This document shows, one piece after another, positions 49,445 to 57,927 of a stretch of DNA of 64,000 nt. The notes beneath the pieces were generated by a model that was given only the letters and a program-made list of their open reading frames with translations, did not search any database and had not been told where the DNA came from. The position numbers were made by a program, and so were the translations under genes. This DNA is from an uncultured Candidatus Saccharibacteria bacterium (GTDB lineage Bacteria > Patescibacteriota > Minisyncoccia > Phycocordibacterales > UBA2100): positions 65,800 through 129,799 of the forward strand of contig CAZZHR010000002.1 of assembly GCA_964654205.1 (NCBI GenBank). The letters are read 5' to 3'. Position 1 is the first letter of the stretch; every line of letters starts with the position of its first letter.

Positions 49445-51423
49445 GATGTGTAGTGCGAATGTTCTCCGCCCTCCCTCGTCAACATTTCGAGCATGTTGGG
49501 GACGACAGAGGAGAGCGCGTGCTCGCGGCGCACGTAGGCACGCGCAAGAGCGCGCGCATGCTCGCGCTTCTCTTCCGAGAGCGCGAGCGCGGCCTTGATA
49601 GCTACGGCTACGCTCTCAGGCGTGACTTCCTCGAGGAACAGCCTCGGCTCGATGACCCGTTGCACCTCCTTTTCTGAGGTAATCACAAGACAGCCGGCCG
49701 CCATCGCCTCATAGAGCGTCTTTTTTGAGCCGTGCGCGGAACCCGCGTGAATGAAAATCTCATGCGATGCGTAGATGCCCGGCGTCTTCTCATGGAGCAC
49801 CGTCCCGCGATACGCGACTGCTCCGCTGCGTTCTGCGTCGGTGAACTGGGAGCGGAGCTTCGCCGCGTACGCTTCATCTCCCGGTCGCGGCTCCCCGTAG
49901 ACATCGAGCGAGAAGTTGTGGACGTTCTCGCGCACCTGCGCGGCGGCCGCGATGACCGACTCGAGTCGCTTCGATTGATGGATGCGGCCCATAAAAAGCA
50001 GCGACTCTTTCGGCGCAGAGCGTAATGCGGAATACATGTCCGTATCGATGCCCATCGGGACGTACCGCGCGTGTGCAAGCCGGGCGGCATACGAATCCTT
50101 GCTCGAATAGAAGACGATGTCGGCGAGCTGCATCGCCATGCGCGCCATCCATGTCGCGCGCGCGTCGTTGTGCCAGAAACCGACGCGCTTGCCGAGCAGC
50201 TTCCAGAGCCACCCGCCGACGACGGCAAACTCGGACGAGAGATGGACGAGTACCGCGTCGTACTCGCGGCGATGCTTCCACGCCACGGAAAGCAGGCGCG
50301 CCGAGTACACGAGTCGGCGGAAGAACCGCCCCACGGCCGACATCGATTCCTTGCCGAGACTGTGTTCAGTCACGTTGGGTGGGAGCCCCCTGTCGCCGTA
50401 GCCGAGGCAGACGACGTGCAGCCTGTGTGCGTGACGTGCAAACTCCCTAAGCCAGCCGTGGAAGTAGCCGAGGAGCGGGTCGGAGCGGTCTACCGATTCA
50501 GTGCAGACGAGCACTTTCACCTCGCCGCGCAGCGAGCTCAATTTCGGGAGCTCCATCCGTTCGAACGGCTCTTTGAGCACCGACTTTCCATACACGCCCT
50601 CAAGGAGGTCGAGGTCTTTGCCCGTGCCGCGGAGGAGTTCGATATTTTTACGCTCCATGGCTTCCAAGAGCGCCGTACCTGCTTCATTGCCAATCTTTGT
50701 GCTGTATTCGCCTCGGAGAGCCGCGACATCTTTGATAAAACAGTGGCCGCCCGCGCCGCGTCCGCTTTTGTGTATCGGGCGAGCGTAGCGATTGTTGACG
50801 AGAGGGTCCGCTTCGATGGCGCGCTGAATCATGTGCCAATTGCAGCCGTGGTGCGCCGCGAGGTCGTACATGAGGTTGAAAAAGAGTATTTGCGTGTAGC
50901 CGCTCCCGTTGTGCGAGTACTTGATGATCTCGGCTTCCGTGCTCGAGCATGTCTGCGCATATGGCGCAGTCGGAAGGACAGAGTGGATGAGCGCTGCGGC
51001 AGCCTTCTGCTTCGGCGTGTCTTCTGTGAGCCCTACGATGTTCATAAAAGGATGCGCCGCGTCGTGCGCCGCGGTCGCCTCGCTGAGAAATTCCGGCGAG
51101 TAGATGACTGTCTTGTCGGGGAACTCGGTCTGTAATACTTTTGCAGTGCCAGGCACGATGGTCGATTTTATGACTGCAACTTTGTTTTTTCCCACGAGCT
51201 CAATTGCGGATCGGACGATCGAGTAGTCGAATCCCGATGGCGTGGTCGGAGTCGGCACTGCGATAAAGACGAGGTCGCACTCAAGCACCTTGTCCCTATT
51301 TCGCACATAGGGCTCTTCGAGGGCATAGCGGACGCACGCATAGCCGCGGCGCTCGAAATCGTCGGCATAATTCTTGCCGATGAATCCCTGCCCTATGAAC
51401 CCGATGAGCGGCGTGTCTTTCAT
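49441..51423 (-). CDS. fusion protein: UDP-glucose/GDP-mannose dehydrogenase-like N-terminal half plus a GT4-like glycosyltransferase C-terminal half
   Basis: IGFIGQGFIGKNYA Rossmann motif, VFIAVPTPT and GGHCFIKD (catalytic Cys region), then the GT domain described above. Confidence 0.78.
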   Translation of the reverse strand: MKDTPLIGFIGQGFIGKNYADDFERRGYACVRYALEEPYVRNRDKVLECDLVFIAVPTPTTPSGFDYSIVRSAIELVGKNKVAVIKSTIVPGTAKVLQTEFPDKTVIYSPEFLSEATAAHDAAHPFMNIVGLTEDTPKQKAAAALIHSVLPTAPYAQTCSSTEAEIIKYSHNGSGYTQILFFNLMYDLAAHHGCNWHMIQRAIEADPLVNNRYARPIHKSGRGAGGHCFIKDVAALRGEYSTKIGNEAGTALLEAMERKNIELLRGTGKDLDLLEGVYGKSVLKEPFERMELPKLSSLRGEVKVLVCTESVDRSDPLLGYFHGWLREFARHAHRLHVVCLGYGDRGLPPNVTEHSLGKESMSAVGRFFRRLVYSARLLSVAWKHRREYDAVLVHLSSEFAVVGGWLWKLLGKRVGFWHNDARATWMARMAMQLADIVFYSSKDSYAARLAHARYVPMGIDTDMYSALRSAPKESLLFMGRIHQSKRLESVIAAAAQVRENVHNFSLDVYGEPRPGDEAYAAKLRSQFTDAERSGAVAYRGTVLHEKTPGIYASHEIFIHAGSAHGSKKTLYEAMAAGCLVITSEKEVQRVIEPRLFLEEVTPESVAVAIKAALALSEEKREHARALARAYVRREHALSSVVPNMLEMLTREGGEHSHYTS

Positions 51424-51441
51424 GGCGACGTATACTAGCAA

Positions 51442-52515
51442 TTATCGCACCCCCGCGGAAGCTACATCAGCGCAGTACGCGGATACATAGTCTTCGAAGC
51501 TTTTGTAAGGATAATCGGCCAAGAACGCGTCATAAGGACCCTCGGCAAACCAGCGCTTGAGCGCATCTCTGTAATCCTTTTCTTCTGTGACGATTGCTCC
51601 CGCTTCTCTGGCGATACCCACGTCGGTCGATAGGACCGGCTTCCCGGCAGCGAGCGCCTCGATGATGACGAGGCCATACCCTTCGTAGCGCGACGTGACA
51701 AGCACGAGGTCGGCGAGCGCGTAGTATGGCGCACTGTCTGTCTCGCCCTCAAAAAAGACGCGCTCGGCCACTTTGAGTTCATGAGCGAGCTTGTCGAGGT
51801 ACGGCCGTTCGCTGCCACCACCCACGATGACGAGGCACGCATCCGTCGGTGCCGCAGCCGCGAACGCCCGGAGCGCGAGGCATGGATTCTTTTCCGCCTC
51901 AAAGCGACCTACATAGAGCAGGCGTTTCGAAAACCGGGCAAACTTTTGCACAAGCTCCGTATCGGGTCTCGCATTGCGTACACGATCAATATCGACAAAG
52001 ATGGGCAGCACCGTTATCGGACATGTGAGCTCGAATGTATCCTGCAGTGAGCGCTTAATGCGCTCGGAAACGACACGAACACGTGATGAGCGTTGCAATA
52101 CGATTCCCGCCATACGGACGCGCAATCTGTTGATCCAAGAATGATTCGCATACGCCGGAGAAAGAAAGTCTGTGTGGACTTGCACATGCAGCGGCTTGCC
52201 GACAAAACGTGATATCACGAGTGCCGTGAGCCCAGCCTCGAATGGATCCTGTGCGGATACGACATCCGGCCATGGCAACCGCGTCGCGAGGAGTAGCGCA
52301 TCTATGCTATACAGCAACTTCGAGAACGACCTCGTAGGATGCACATGAAGCGCCCCATCGCGGATTTCTGTGAACCCATCGTTTTCGAGCGAGAAACCAA
52401 TGATGTCGAGTGCGCCGAATTTCTCAGCGTACGCTTTCTGCCGCGCGTATGCGGGAGAGCCGGGCACCAGGATGCCCCGCTTTGACCTGTCGGCTCCGAT
52501 CTGCAAGACATGCAT
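51442..52515 (-). CDS. GT4-family glycosyltransferase
   Basis: TSRYEGYGLVIIEALAAGKPVLSTDVGIAREAG. Confidence 0.87.
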   Translation of the reverse strand: MHVLQIGADRSKRGILVPGSPAYARQKAYAEKFGALDIIGFSLENDGFTEIRDGALHVHPTRSFSKLLYSIDALLLATRLPWPDVVSAQDPFEAGLTALVISRFVGKPLHVQVHTDFLSPAYANHSWINRLRVRMAGIVLQRSSRVRVVSERIKRSLQDTFELTCPITVLPIFVDIDRVRNARPDTELVQKFARFSKRLLYVGRFEAEKNPCLALRAFAAAAPTDACLVIVGGGSERPYLDKLAHELKVAERVFFEGETDSAPYYALADLVLVTSRYEGYGLVIIEALAAGKPVLSTDVGIAREAGAIVTEEKDYRDALKRWFAEGPYDAFLADYPYKSFEDYVSAYCADVASAGVR

Positions 52516-52529
52516 ACCTCTACAGAGTA

Positions 52530-53687
52530 TCAGCGTGCCGTGAGAATGTCCTCATACAATGTGATGAATGAATTCACCACGTTCGTAAGCTGGAACTGTT
52601 TAGACCTCTCATATGCAGACTTGGCCATTTTATTCCGCAGATCAAGGTTCACTAGAAGTTCCCGAATTTTCTCAGAGAATGCGTCTTCGTCACTCGGATC
52701 GACGAGGAAACCCGTAATCCCATCTTGCACCAATTCCGAGCAACCCCCCACATCGGTGGACACAATAGGAAGGCCGAAGTGCATGGCTTCGATGAAGACG
52801 TTGGGGAATCCCTCTTCGAGAGACGCAGACACGTAGAGCGCGGCGCCTTGAAACTGCGCATACACGTCTGCTGACGATAGGCGTCCTGTAAACGTGACCG
52901 GCACTCGGAGCCGCTTTGCTTCTGACTCGGATTCCTCGCGGATCCTGTCCTGGCCGTCACCGATGAGCACGAGATGTGCATGGGGGGTTTTCGCCTTGGC
53001 GAACGCACGGATTATCGTCGGTATTCTTTTGTGCGGAATGAACCGATTCGCTGACACGACGACAGGCTTGCTATCGTGAGTGAATGTCTTGTACCCGCCG
53101 CCCTCGATGTCGAGCGCATTTGGAATGATTCGGATACTCGCATCCTCGCCTGCTATCGCGCGAATGTTCTTCGCACGGAACTGTGAGGGTGCCCACACCA
53201 CAGAAAAAAGCAGAAGGCCGTGGCGTTCTATCCAAGTCAGGAACCTCGAAAAAACCGAGAAAGAGTAGGTGCCGCCGAAGTCACGGCTTTTTACGTCACT
53301 CGTTGCGTATGTTTCCCACACCCAGTCGCCTGCGAACTTTATGATACTGGGCATGCCTGCGATTTTCGCAAAAAGGCCTGCCACGAATGACAGTGCGCTC
53401 ACGCTGTGCGCATGTAGGATGTCCGGTCGCTCACGCACGATGACCCATGCCAGACATGCAGAACCGACGAGCCAGCGGATGGGCTTATCGAGCGGCGTGC
53501 GAGTGTAGCGCCAACGGTATCGGTACACCGTGTATCCGTCTGGATTCGACAACTCAAAGCGATCCCCTACAGTGACAACAACGGGTGTTACGCCCCTATC
53601 ATTGAGTACACGGCAAAGGTGCCACGACTGCGTTGCGGGCCCTCCTATCATGGGTGGGAAAATGGGCGCGTACATCAAGACTTTCAT
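52530..53687 (-). CDS. GT4-family glycosyltransferase
   Basis: ASLEEGFPNVFIEAMHFGLPIVSTDVGGCSELV. TAGTAT lies 6 nt upstream of the ATG. Confidence 0.9.
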   Translation of the reverse strand: MKVLMYAPIFPPMIGGPATQSWHLCRVLNDRGVTPVVVTVGDRFELSNPDGYTVYRYRWRYTRTPLDKPIRWLVGSACLAWVIVRERPDILHAHSVSALSFVAGLFAKIAGMPSIIKFAGDWVWETYATSDVKSRDFGGTYSFSVFSRFLTWIERHGLLLFSVVWAPSQFRAKNIRAIAGEDASIRIIPNALDIEGGGYKTFTHDSKPVVVSANRFIPHKRIPTIIRAFAKAKTPHAHLVLIGDGQDRIREESESEAKRLRVPVTFTGRLSSADVYAQFQGAALYVSASLEEGFPNVFIEAMHFGLPIVSTDVGGCSELVQDGITGFLVDPSDEDAFSEKIRELLVNLDLRNKMAKSAYERSKQFQLTNVVNSFITLYEDILTAR

Positions 53688-53693
53688 ATCTCG

Positions 53694-53699
53694 ATACTA
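53694..53699 (-). promoter_or_regulatory. -10 box TAGTAT 6 nt before ATG 53687
   Basis: The minus strand reads TAGTATcgagatATG. Confidence 0.4.
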
Positions 53700-53762
53700 T
53701 ACATGCCTCCTCGCCCGCTCATTGTCCCATTCGTCCGACTGTCACCAGCGACCCGAGCTACG

Positions 53763-54818
53763 CTAGCCACGTTTGGTGGCAAATTTTACCTTTTTGAAGT
53801 ACGCCTGCTGAAGGTCGAGTTGCATCTTCTCAAAGGTGCCCGGCGGCAAAGCTTTAGTCGCAGCAATAATACGACGGATACCCTCCTCCAAGGAGACCTC
53901 TGGCGTGAATCCGAGTACTTTCTTTACTTTCTTCATATCTGCAAGCAGTCGGTACGCATAGATCTGAATAGGGACATTTACACGCACGGGCTTCGGAGTC
54001 TTGACTCCGAGCTGCTTAGCAATGATAGCAAGTACGTCATTGAACGTGTGCTCAATGCCGAAGCCAAGGTTCAGTTCGCAGGTCGGGATATTCTTTTCCA
54101 TCGCCATAATGAAAGCGCGGGCTACGTCGTCGACATAGATGAAATCACGCGTCTGCTTGCCGTCGCCCCATATGACCGGCTTCTGTCCGCCCATGAGCGC
54201 CCACGTAAGGAGCGACGTGATGTTGGCATACCCCAGCTTCGTATGCTCTCCGACTCCGTAGACGGAGAATGGTCGGAAGGCGATGCATTTGAAACCCCAC
54301 CTGTTGCTATAGCGCCTTGCTTCAAGTTCGCACCAATGTTTCGAGCCTGCTTTACTGTCGGGCGGATCGATGGGCATGTCCTCGCGAAATGGCACGCGCG
54401 GCGGCTTGTTCCATTCCTCATAGACGGCGGACGTGGATGCCCATACTATCTTTCTTTTCCCATGCTTGCGCATCGCCTCAAGGATTGTCTTGAACCCGCG
54501 CATCGTAAAGTCGCAGGACTCTACGTCGTTCTCTTCGTACATGATGAACGACGACGGCGCAGCGAGATGGATGATATGGTCTGCTTTTGAGACCAAGTCC
54601 GAAACGAGCTTGTAGTCACGGACGTCGCCCTCTTTCCAGGCTATGTGCGGGGAATTGAGTATTTGGTCGCGATTCGAGAACCGGAAATTATCGAGCGCCG
54701 TGACCCGGTATCCCTTTTCGATAAGTTGCCTCACGAGAGAGCGCCCGATAAAACCTGCTGCGCCTGTCACGAATACGTTTTCACGCAGACCAGACTTTTT
54801 TCGAAACTGTTTTTTCAT
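53763..54818 (-). CDS. NAD-dependent nucleotide-sugar epimerase/dehydratase (SDR)
   Basis: VFVTGAAGFIGRSLV Rossmann motif. Trimmed to MKKQFRKK. Confidence 0.88.
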   Translation of the reverse strand: MKKQFRKKSGLRENVFVTGAAGFIGRSLVRQLIEKGYRVTALDNFRFSNRDQILNSPHIAWKEGDVRDYKLVSDLVSKADHIIHLAAPSSFIMYEENDVESCDFTMRGFKTILEAMRKHGKRKIVWASTSAVYEEWNKPPRVPFREDMPIDPPDSKAGSKHWCELEARRYSNRWGFKCIAFRPFSVYGVGEHTKLGYANITSLLTWALMGGQKPVIWGDGKQTRDFIYVDDVARAFIMAMEKNIPTCELNLGFGIEHTFNDVLAIIAKQLGVKTPKPVRVNVPIQIYAYRLLADMKKVKKVLGFTPEVSLEEGIRRIIAATKALPPGTFEKMQLDLQQAYFKKVKFATKRG

Positions 54819-54850
54819 ATGGCGAGGATAGTACCATGGCGGCACTCAAA

Positions 54851-54878
54851 GTAAAACGGGGCGCGAGGGCGCCCCGTT
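54851..54878 (-). terminator. rho-independent terminator: AACGGGGCGC/GCGCCCCGTT, then TTTTAC
   Basis: A 10-bp GC-rich stem and a 4-nt loop, with a T-tract on the minus strand. Confidence 0.7.
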
Positions 54879-54901
54879 CCAATCTTGGGCAGGCGGGAAC
54901 G

Positions 54902-55123
54902 CTACCGCGTTGGCGGACCCGCGAGAAGATAGGGACTCCTCAGAATGAGCTCGGTGATGATGAGAGACGACTGAATCCAGGCGATGGCAATGGTAGCCGG
55001 CGCAAGCGTCAGCATTGCGTACTCCTTCATTCCGAACTCGTTTCCTTGGAGAGGAGAGACAAATGGGAACATTACAGCTCCCTCCTTTCCTACCCAATCA
55101 AACACCCATATCGGTGTTCTCAC
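54902..55123 (-). CDS. possible small membrane protein
   Basis: GTG start. One hydrophobic helix (AMLTLAPATIAIAWIQSSLIITELIL). It sits between the GT stop and the terminator, but there is no family motif. Confidence 0.3.
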   Translation of the reverse strand: MRTPIWVFDWVGKEGAVMFPFVSPLQGNEFGMKEYAMLTLAPATIAIAWIQSSLIITELILRSPYLLAGPPTR

Positions 55124-55130
55124 CAGCGAG

Positions 55131-56354
55131 TTATCCCCTGTTCGTCAGTGGGTCGAAAACCTCCCTTTTCATGCGCTCTGCTATCAGACCCCAGTCGTAC
55201 CGCTCCGCCGCAAGCTCCCTGGCGTTCTTTACGATGCGTGCGGTGAGCGACGGCTCACCCATGTAGCGCCGCACAGCTTTAGCGACTGATTCCGGATTGC
55301 TGACTTCGCAGAAGATGCCTGTCGGTTCCATGTCGGGATTTCTCTCCGGGTCGAAAAGAAAATCTGGTATGCCGCCGACCGGAGTCGCCACCACGGGAAT
55401 GCCCGCAGCGAACGCTTCAACAAACGCATTGCCAAAACCCTCGATAAGCGATGGTCGCACAAAAATGTCGCACATTTTGTAGTACGCCGGCAATTCGTCG
55501 TGACCGATGTGCCCCGCAAAAATTACGCGCCCCCGCACGCCAGATTCCTGCGCTATGCGCTCGAGCTTGGCTTCGTCTTCTCCAGAGCCGGCAATGAGCA
55601 GCTTTACATTCTCGGGCAGGTGCGCGAGCGAGCGAATCGTGTCCTCGACACCGCGCGAGAGTACGAGGCGCGATGCGGTGAAGAGGAATACGTCACCCAT
55701 TTTTTTGTCGTACTTTTCCTTCAACGTGAGGAGTTCATCTTCCGGTATCACACGAGAAAACTTCGCCACGTCGACTGCGTTGGGAATCACTGCTACGTGC
55801 CCCTTGTACCCTATGTTCCGCACCTCCCGCTCCAGAAAATGCGATATAACCTTGATGCGGTCGGCTCTATGGTAGACACGTTTGTACAGCCACCACAGCA
55901 CATAGAGAATCGGTCGACGCTTCGGCATGTCGCTAAACGCTCGGCCGTCCTGTAGCTCAAGCACATACGGCGTCTTGGGGTGCAGATAATTGAAGATCAT
56001 GCCCGCGAAACCCGCCTGGTTCGCCATCATCGACCAGACCGTGTCGTACACATACTTCTGGTCGAGCATCATCGCTTTCACAAATGCCGTAAAAGGGAAC
56101 AGTAGCTTGGCGAACTTGAGAGTAAGCGGCATCATGCGATCCGACACCTTTGGATTTGCAGCAGACGGGCCGATGCGGTGAATCGTTATGTTGCCCCGCC
56201 TCTCGACTTTCGGCAGGGCTCTGTCGAAGCGGAGCGTCACCATGTGAAATTCATACTCGCTGGAATCAATGCGGTCGGTAATTTCTTTTATCGCCACCTC
56301 CGCGCCGCCAACGAAGGGATGGTAAGTGAGCGAGATAATCAGAACGCGTCTCAT
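55131..56354 (-). CDS. GT4-family glycosyltransferase
   Basis: RPSLIEGFGNAFVEAFAAGIPVVATPVGGIPDFL. Confidence 0.9.
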   Translation of the reverse strand: MRRVLIISLTYHPFVGGAEVAIKEITDRIDSSEYEFHMVTLRFDRALPKVERRGNITIHRIGPSAANPKVSDRMMPLTLKFAKLLFPFTAFVKAMMLDQKYVYDTVWSMMANQAGFAGMIFNYLHPKTPYVLELQDGRAFSDMPKRRPILYVLWWLYKRVYHRADRIKVISHFLEREVRNIGYKGHVAVIPNAVDVAKFSRVIPEDELLTLKEKYDKKMGDVFLFTASRLVLSRGVEDTIRSLAHLPENVKLLIAGSGEDEAKLERIAQESGVRGRVIFAGHIGHDELPAYYKMCDIFVRPSLIEGFGNAFVEAFAAGIPVVATPVGGIPDFLFDPERNPDMEPTGIFCEVSNPESVAKAVRRYMGEPSLTARIVKNARELAAERYDWGLIAERMKREVFDPLTNRG

Positions 56355-57238
56355 GCCTTCTGTGCCTTTAGTGAATCTATATACTGTTTTACCGTCATCT
56401 GCGGCTTCCAGCCGAATTCCTTTTCCACTCGTGTCGTATCGACGATCGAGTCCATGCGGTTCCCCTTCCGCTCCGGCAGCATGACGATGTTGTCAGTAAA
56501 CATCTTCGCGATATCGAGCACCGTGTGCGATTCAGGACTTCCGAGACCGTACTCATCGCCCTGCCCTTTCTCCCCCACATCGACGAGGCCGCGCGCGATG
56601 TCGCCGGCAAAGGTAAAGTTGCGCTTCTGCGTACCAGGTGAGACCACGGTGATGGGCTCGCCTTTCCAGTACTGCGTCTTGAAACGTCCGATGACGCTCG
56701 CATACGGGCCTTCCGCGAGCTCTTGTTTTCCGTACGCATTGTAGAAATACGTGATGGCGTACGGCATGCTGAACCATGTGCCGTAGTTGCGCACGAGTTC
56801 GGTATTGCTCGCCTTCATCCACGCGTAGGGCGATTGGTCGCGCCCCATGCCGCCATCTGAGAACTTGGTCGACGAACCGGCATACACGATTTTGCACTTC
56901 TGGCCAGATAGATTGCGCTTGCGCCAATACTCGAAGACGCGGAACGTGCCGTGGACGTTGCTCTCCCACACGAGCGGCAAGTCGTCGAAGCTTTGTTCGA
57001 CGCGCGAGTACTCGCCGAGATGGAAAATGATAGCGGGGTTTTCTTTGCCGAGAAGCTGTTCGATGTCTTTCGTATGTCCCTCTACGTACTCCGCTCCCGC
57101 GAAATGATTGTCCTTGCTGCCGATGAAGTAATTGTCGAGCGATACCACCCGATACCCCTTTTCGAGGAGCATCTCGATAAGGTGTGAACCAATCAGACCG
57201 GCGCCACCTGTCACAATGACCGTTTTTTTCTCACTCAT
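56351..57238 (-). CDS. NAD-dependent nucleotide-sugar dehydratase/decarboxylase (SDR; UDP-glucuronate decarboxylase / dTDP-glucose dehydratase-like)
   Basis: VIVTGGAGLIGSHLIE and YAWMK (YxxxK). 4-nt overlap with the downstream GT. Confidence 0.88.
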   Translation of the reverse strand: MSEKKTVIVTGGAGLIGSHLIEMLLEKGYRVVSLDNYFIGSKDNHFAGAEYVEGHTKDIEQLLGKENPAIIFHLGEYSRVEQSFDDLPLVWESNVHGTFRVFEYWRKRNLSGQKCKIVYAGSSTKFSDGGMGRDQSPYAWMKASNTELVRNYGTWFSMPYAITYFYNAYGKQELAEGPYASVIGRFKTQYWKGEPITVVSPGTQKRNFTFAGDIARGLVDVGEKGQGDEYGLGSPESHTVLDIAKMFTDNIVMLPERKGNRMDSIVDTTRVEKEFGWKPQMTVKQYIDSLKAQKA

Positions 57239-57272
57239 GTGTTGAAGCGTACAGTGTGTCGTTACAAAAGCA

Positions 57273-57300
57273 AAGTCGCCGTTTTCTCAAACGGCGACTT
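57273..57300 (-). terminator. hairpin terminator: AAGTCGCCGTT/AACGGCGACTT
   Basis: An 11-bp stem and a 6-nt loop. The minus strand continues GCTTTTGTAAC. Outer GTTAC/GTAAC bases extend the stem. Confidence 0.62.
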
Positions 57301-57370
57301 GTAACATGTGTCGTTCACTGGCCGCGGAGCTTGCGAATCTCGTCGGAAGTAAGCCCGAGGTCGCTCGGCG

Positions 57371-57868
57371 TCACCACGCCGCTCGCGAGCACATCGTTGC
57401 GTAGGTGGTCGAGCGCATGATCGGGCTCGGCCCAGACTCGCTCGCGGTGATGCGAACGAACTCCATAGCATGCGCAATCACCGCTGCGCGAAAATACGCG
57501 TCCACGACCTGCTTGGGCATGCCGATGTCAGCGTAGCTCAGGCCTTTCCGCAGTAGATCGTCGAGTTCGCGCCGCCCATGATGCGGATATTCGCCCGGAA
57601 GGGTCTGCCACCGATAGATGCAGTAGCGTACGCTGAAGATGTTCGCGCGCTTGCGAGCGCTCTTCAGCATCGTCTGCGTCACCCTGGTGCCGTCACCGAG
57701 GGTTACGACATGACCGTCCTCGATGAGCCGCGAGAAATCTTCGATGAAGTCGGGCATCTTCAGTGTAAACCAGTTCGACCTCTCCGTTGGCCAGAACCCT
57801 TCGCCGGTCGAAAGGAGCTCTTCGAGCTCTTTCGTGTTGTGTCGTGGTCGCAGTTTGGTGACGCTCAT
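57371..57868 (-). CDS. hypothetical protein
   Basis: 165 aa. GGGAGG SD 5 nt upstream of the ATG and a terminator downstream. No recognisable motif. Confidence 0.5.
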   Translation of the reverse strand: MSVTKLRPRHNTKELEELLSTGEGFWPTERSNWFTLKMPDFIEDFSRLIEDGHVVTLGDGTRVTQTMLKSARKRANIFSVRYCIYRWQTLPGEYPHHGRRELDDLLRKGLSYADIGMPKQVVDAYFRAAVIAHAMEFVRITASESGPSPIMRSTTYATMCSRAAW

Positions 57869-57927
57869 CTGCGCCTCCCGGTTGCCAATACTCCTACCAT
57901 TATACCACGAATGCCAGACTCAAGCAA

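Noticed and set aside
50071-51135. 354-aa plus-strand ORF. Similar long antisense ORFs lie at 53619-54590, 57578-58585, 61056-61931, 39748-40461 and 29809-30543.
   Set aside because: Each lies opposite a gene with clear family motifs (GT4, SDR, ComEA, GHL10, radical SAM, O-antigen ligase). Their compositions are shadow-like.
54846-55097. 83-aa minus-strand ORF and the plus-strand ORFs at 54836-55289 in the GT/SDR spacer
   Set aside because: They overlap the terminator hairpin and each other, and have no motifs. I kept only the 73-aa TM-containing frame, at low confidence.
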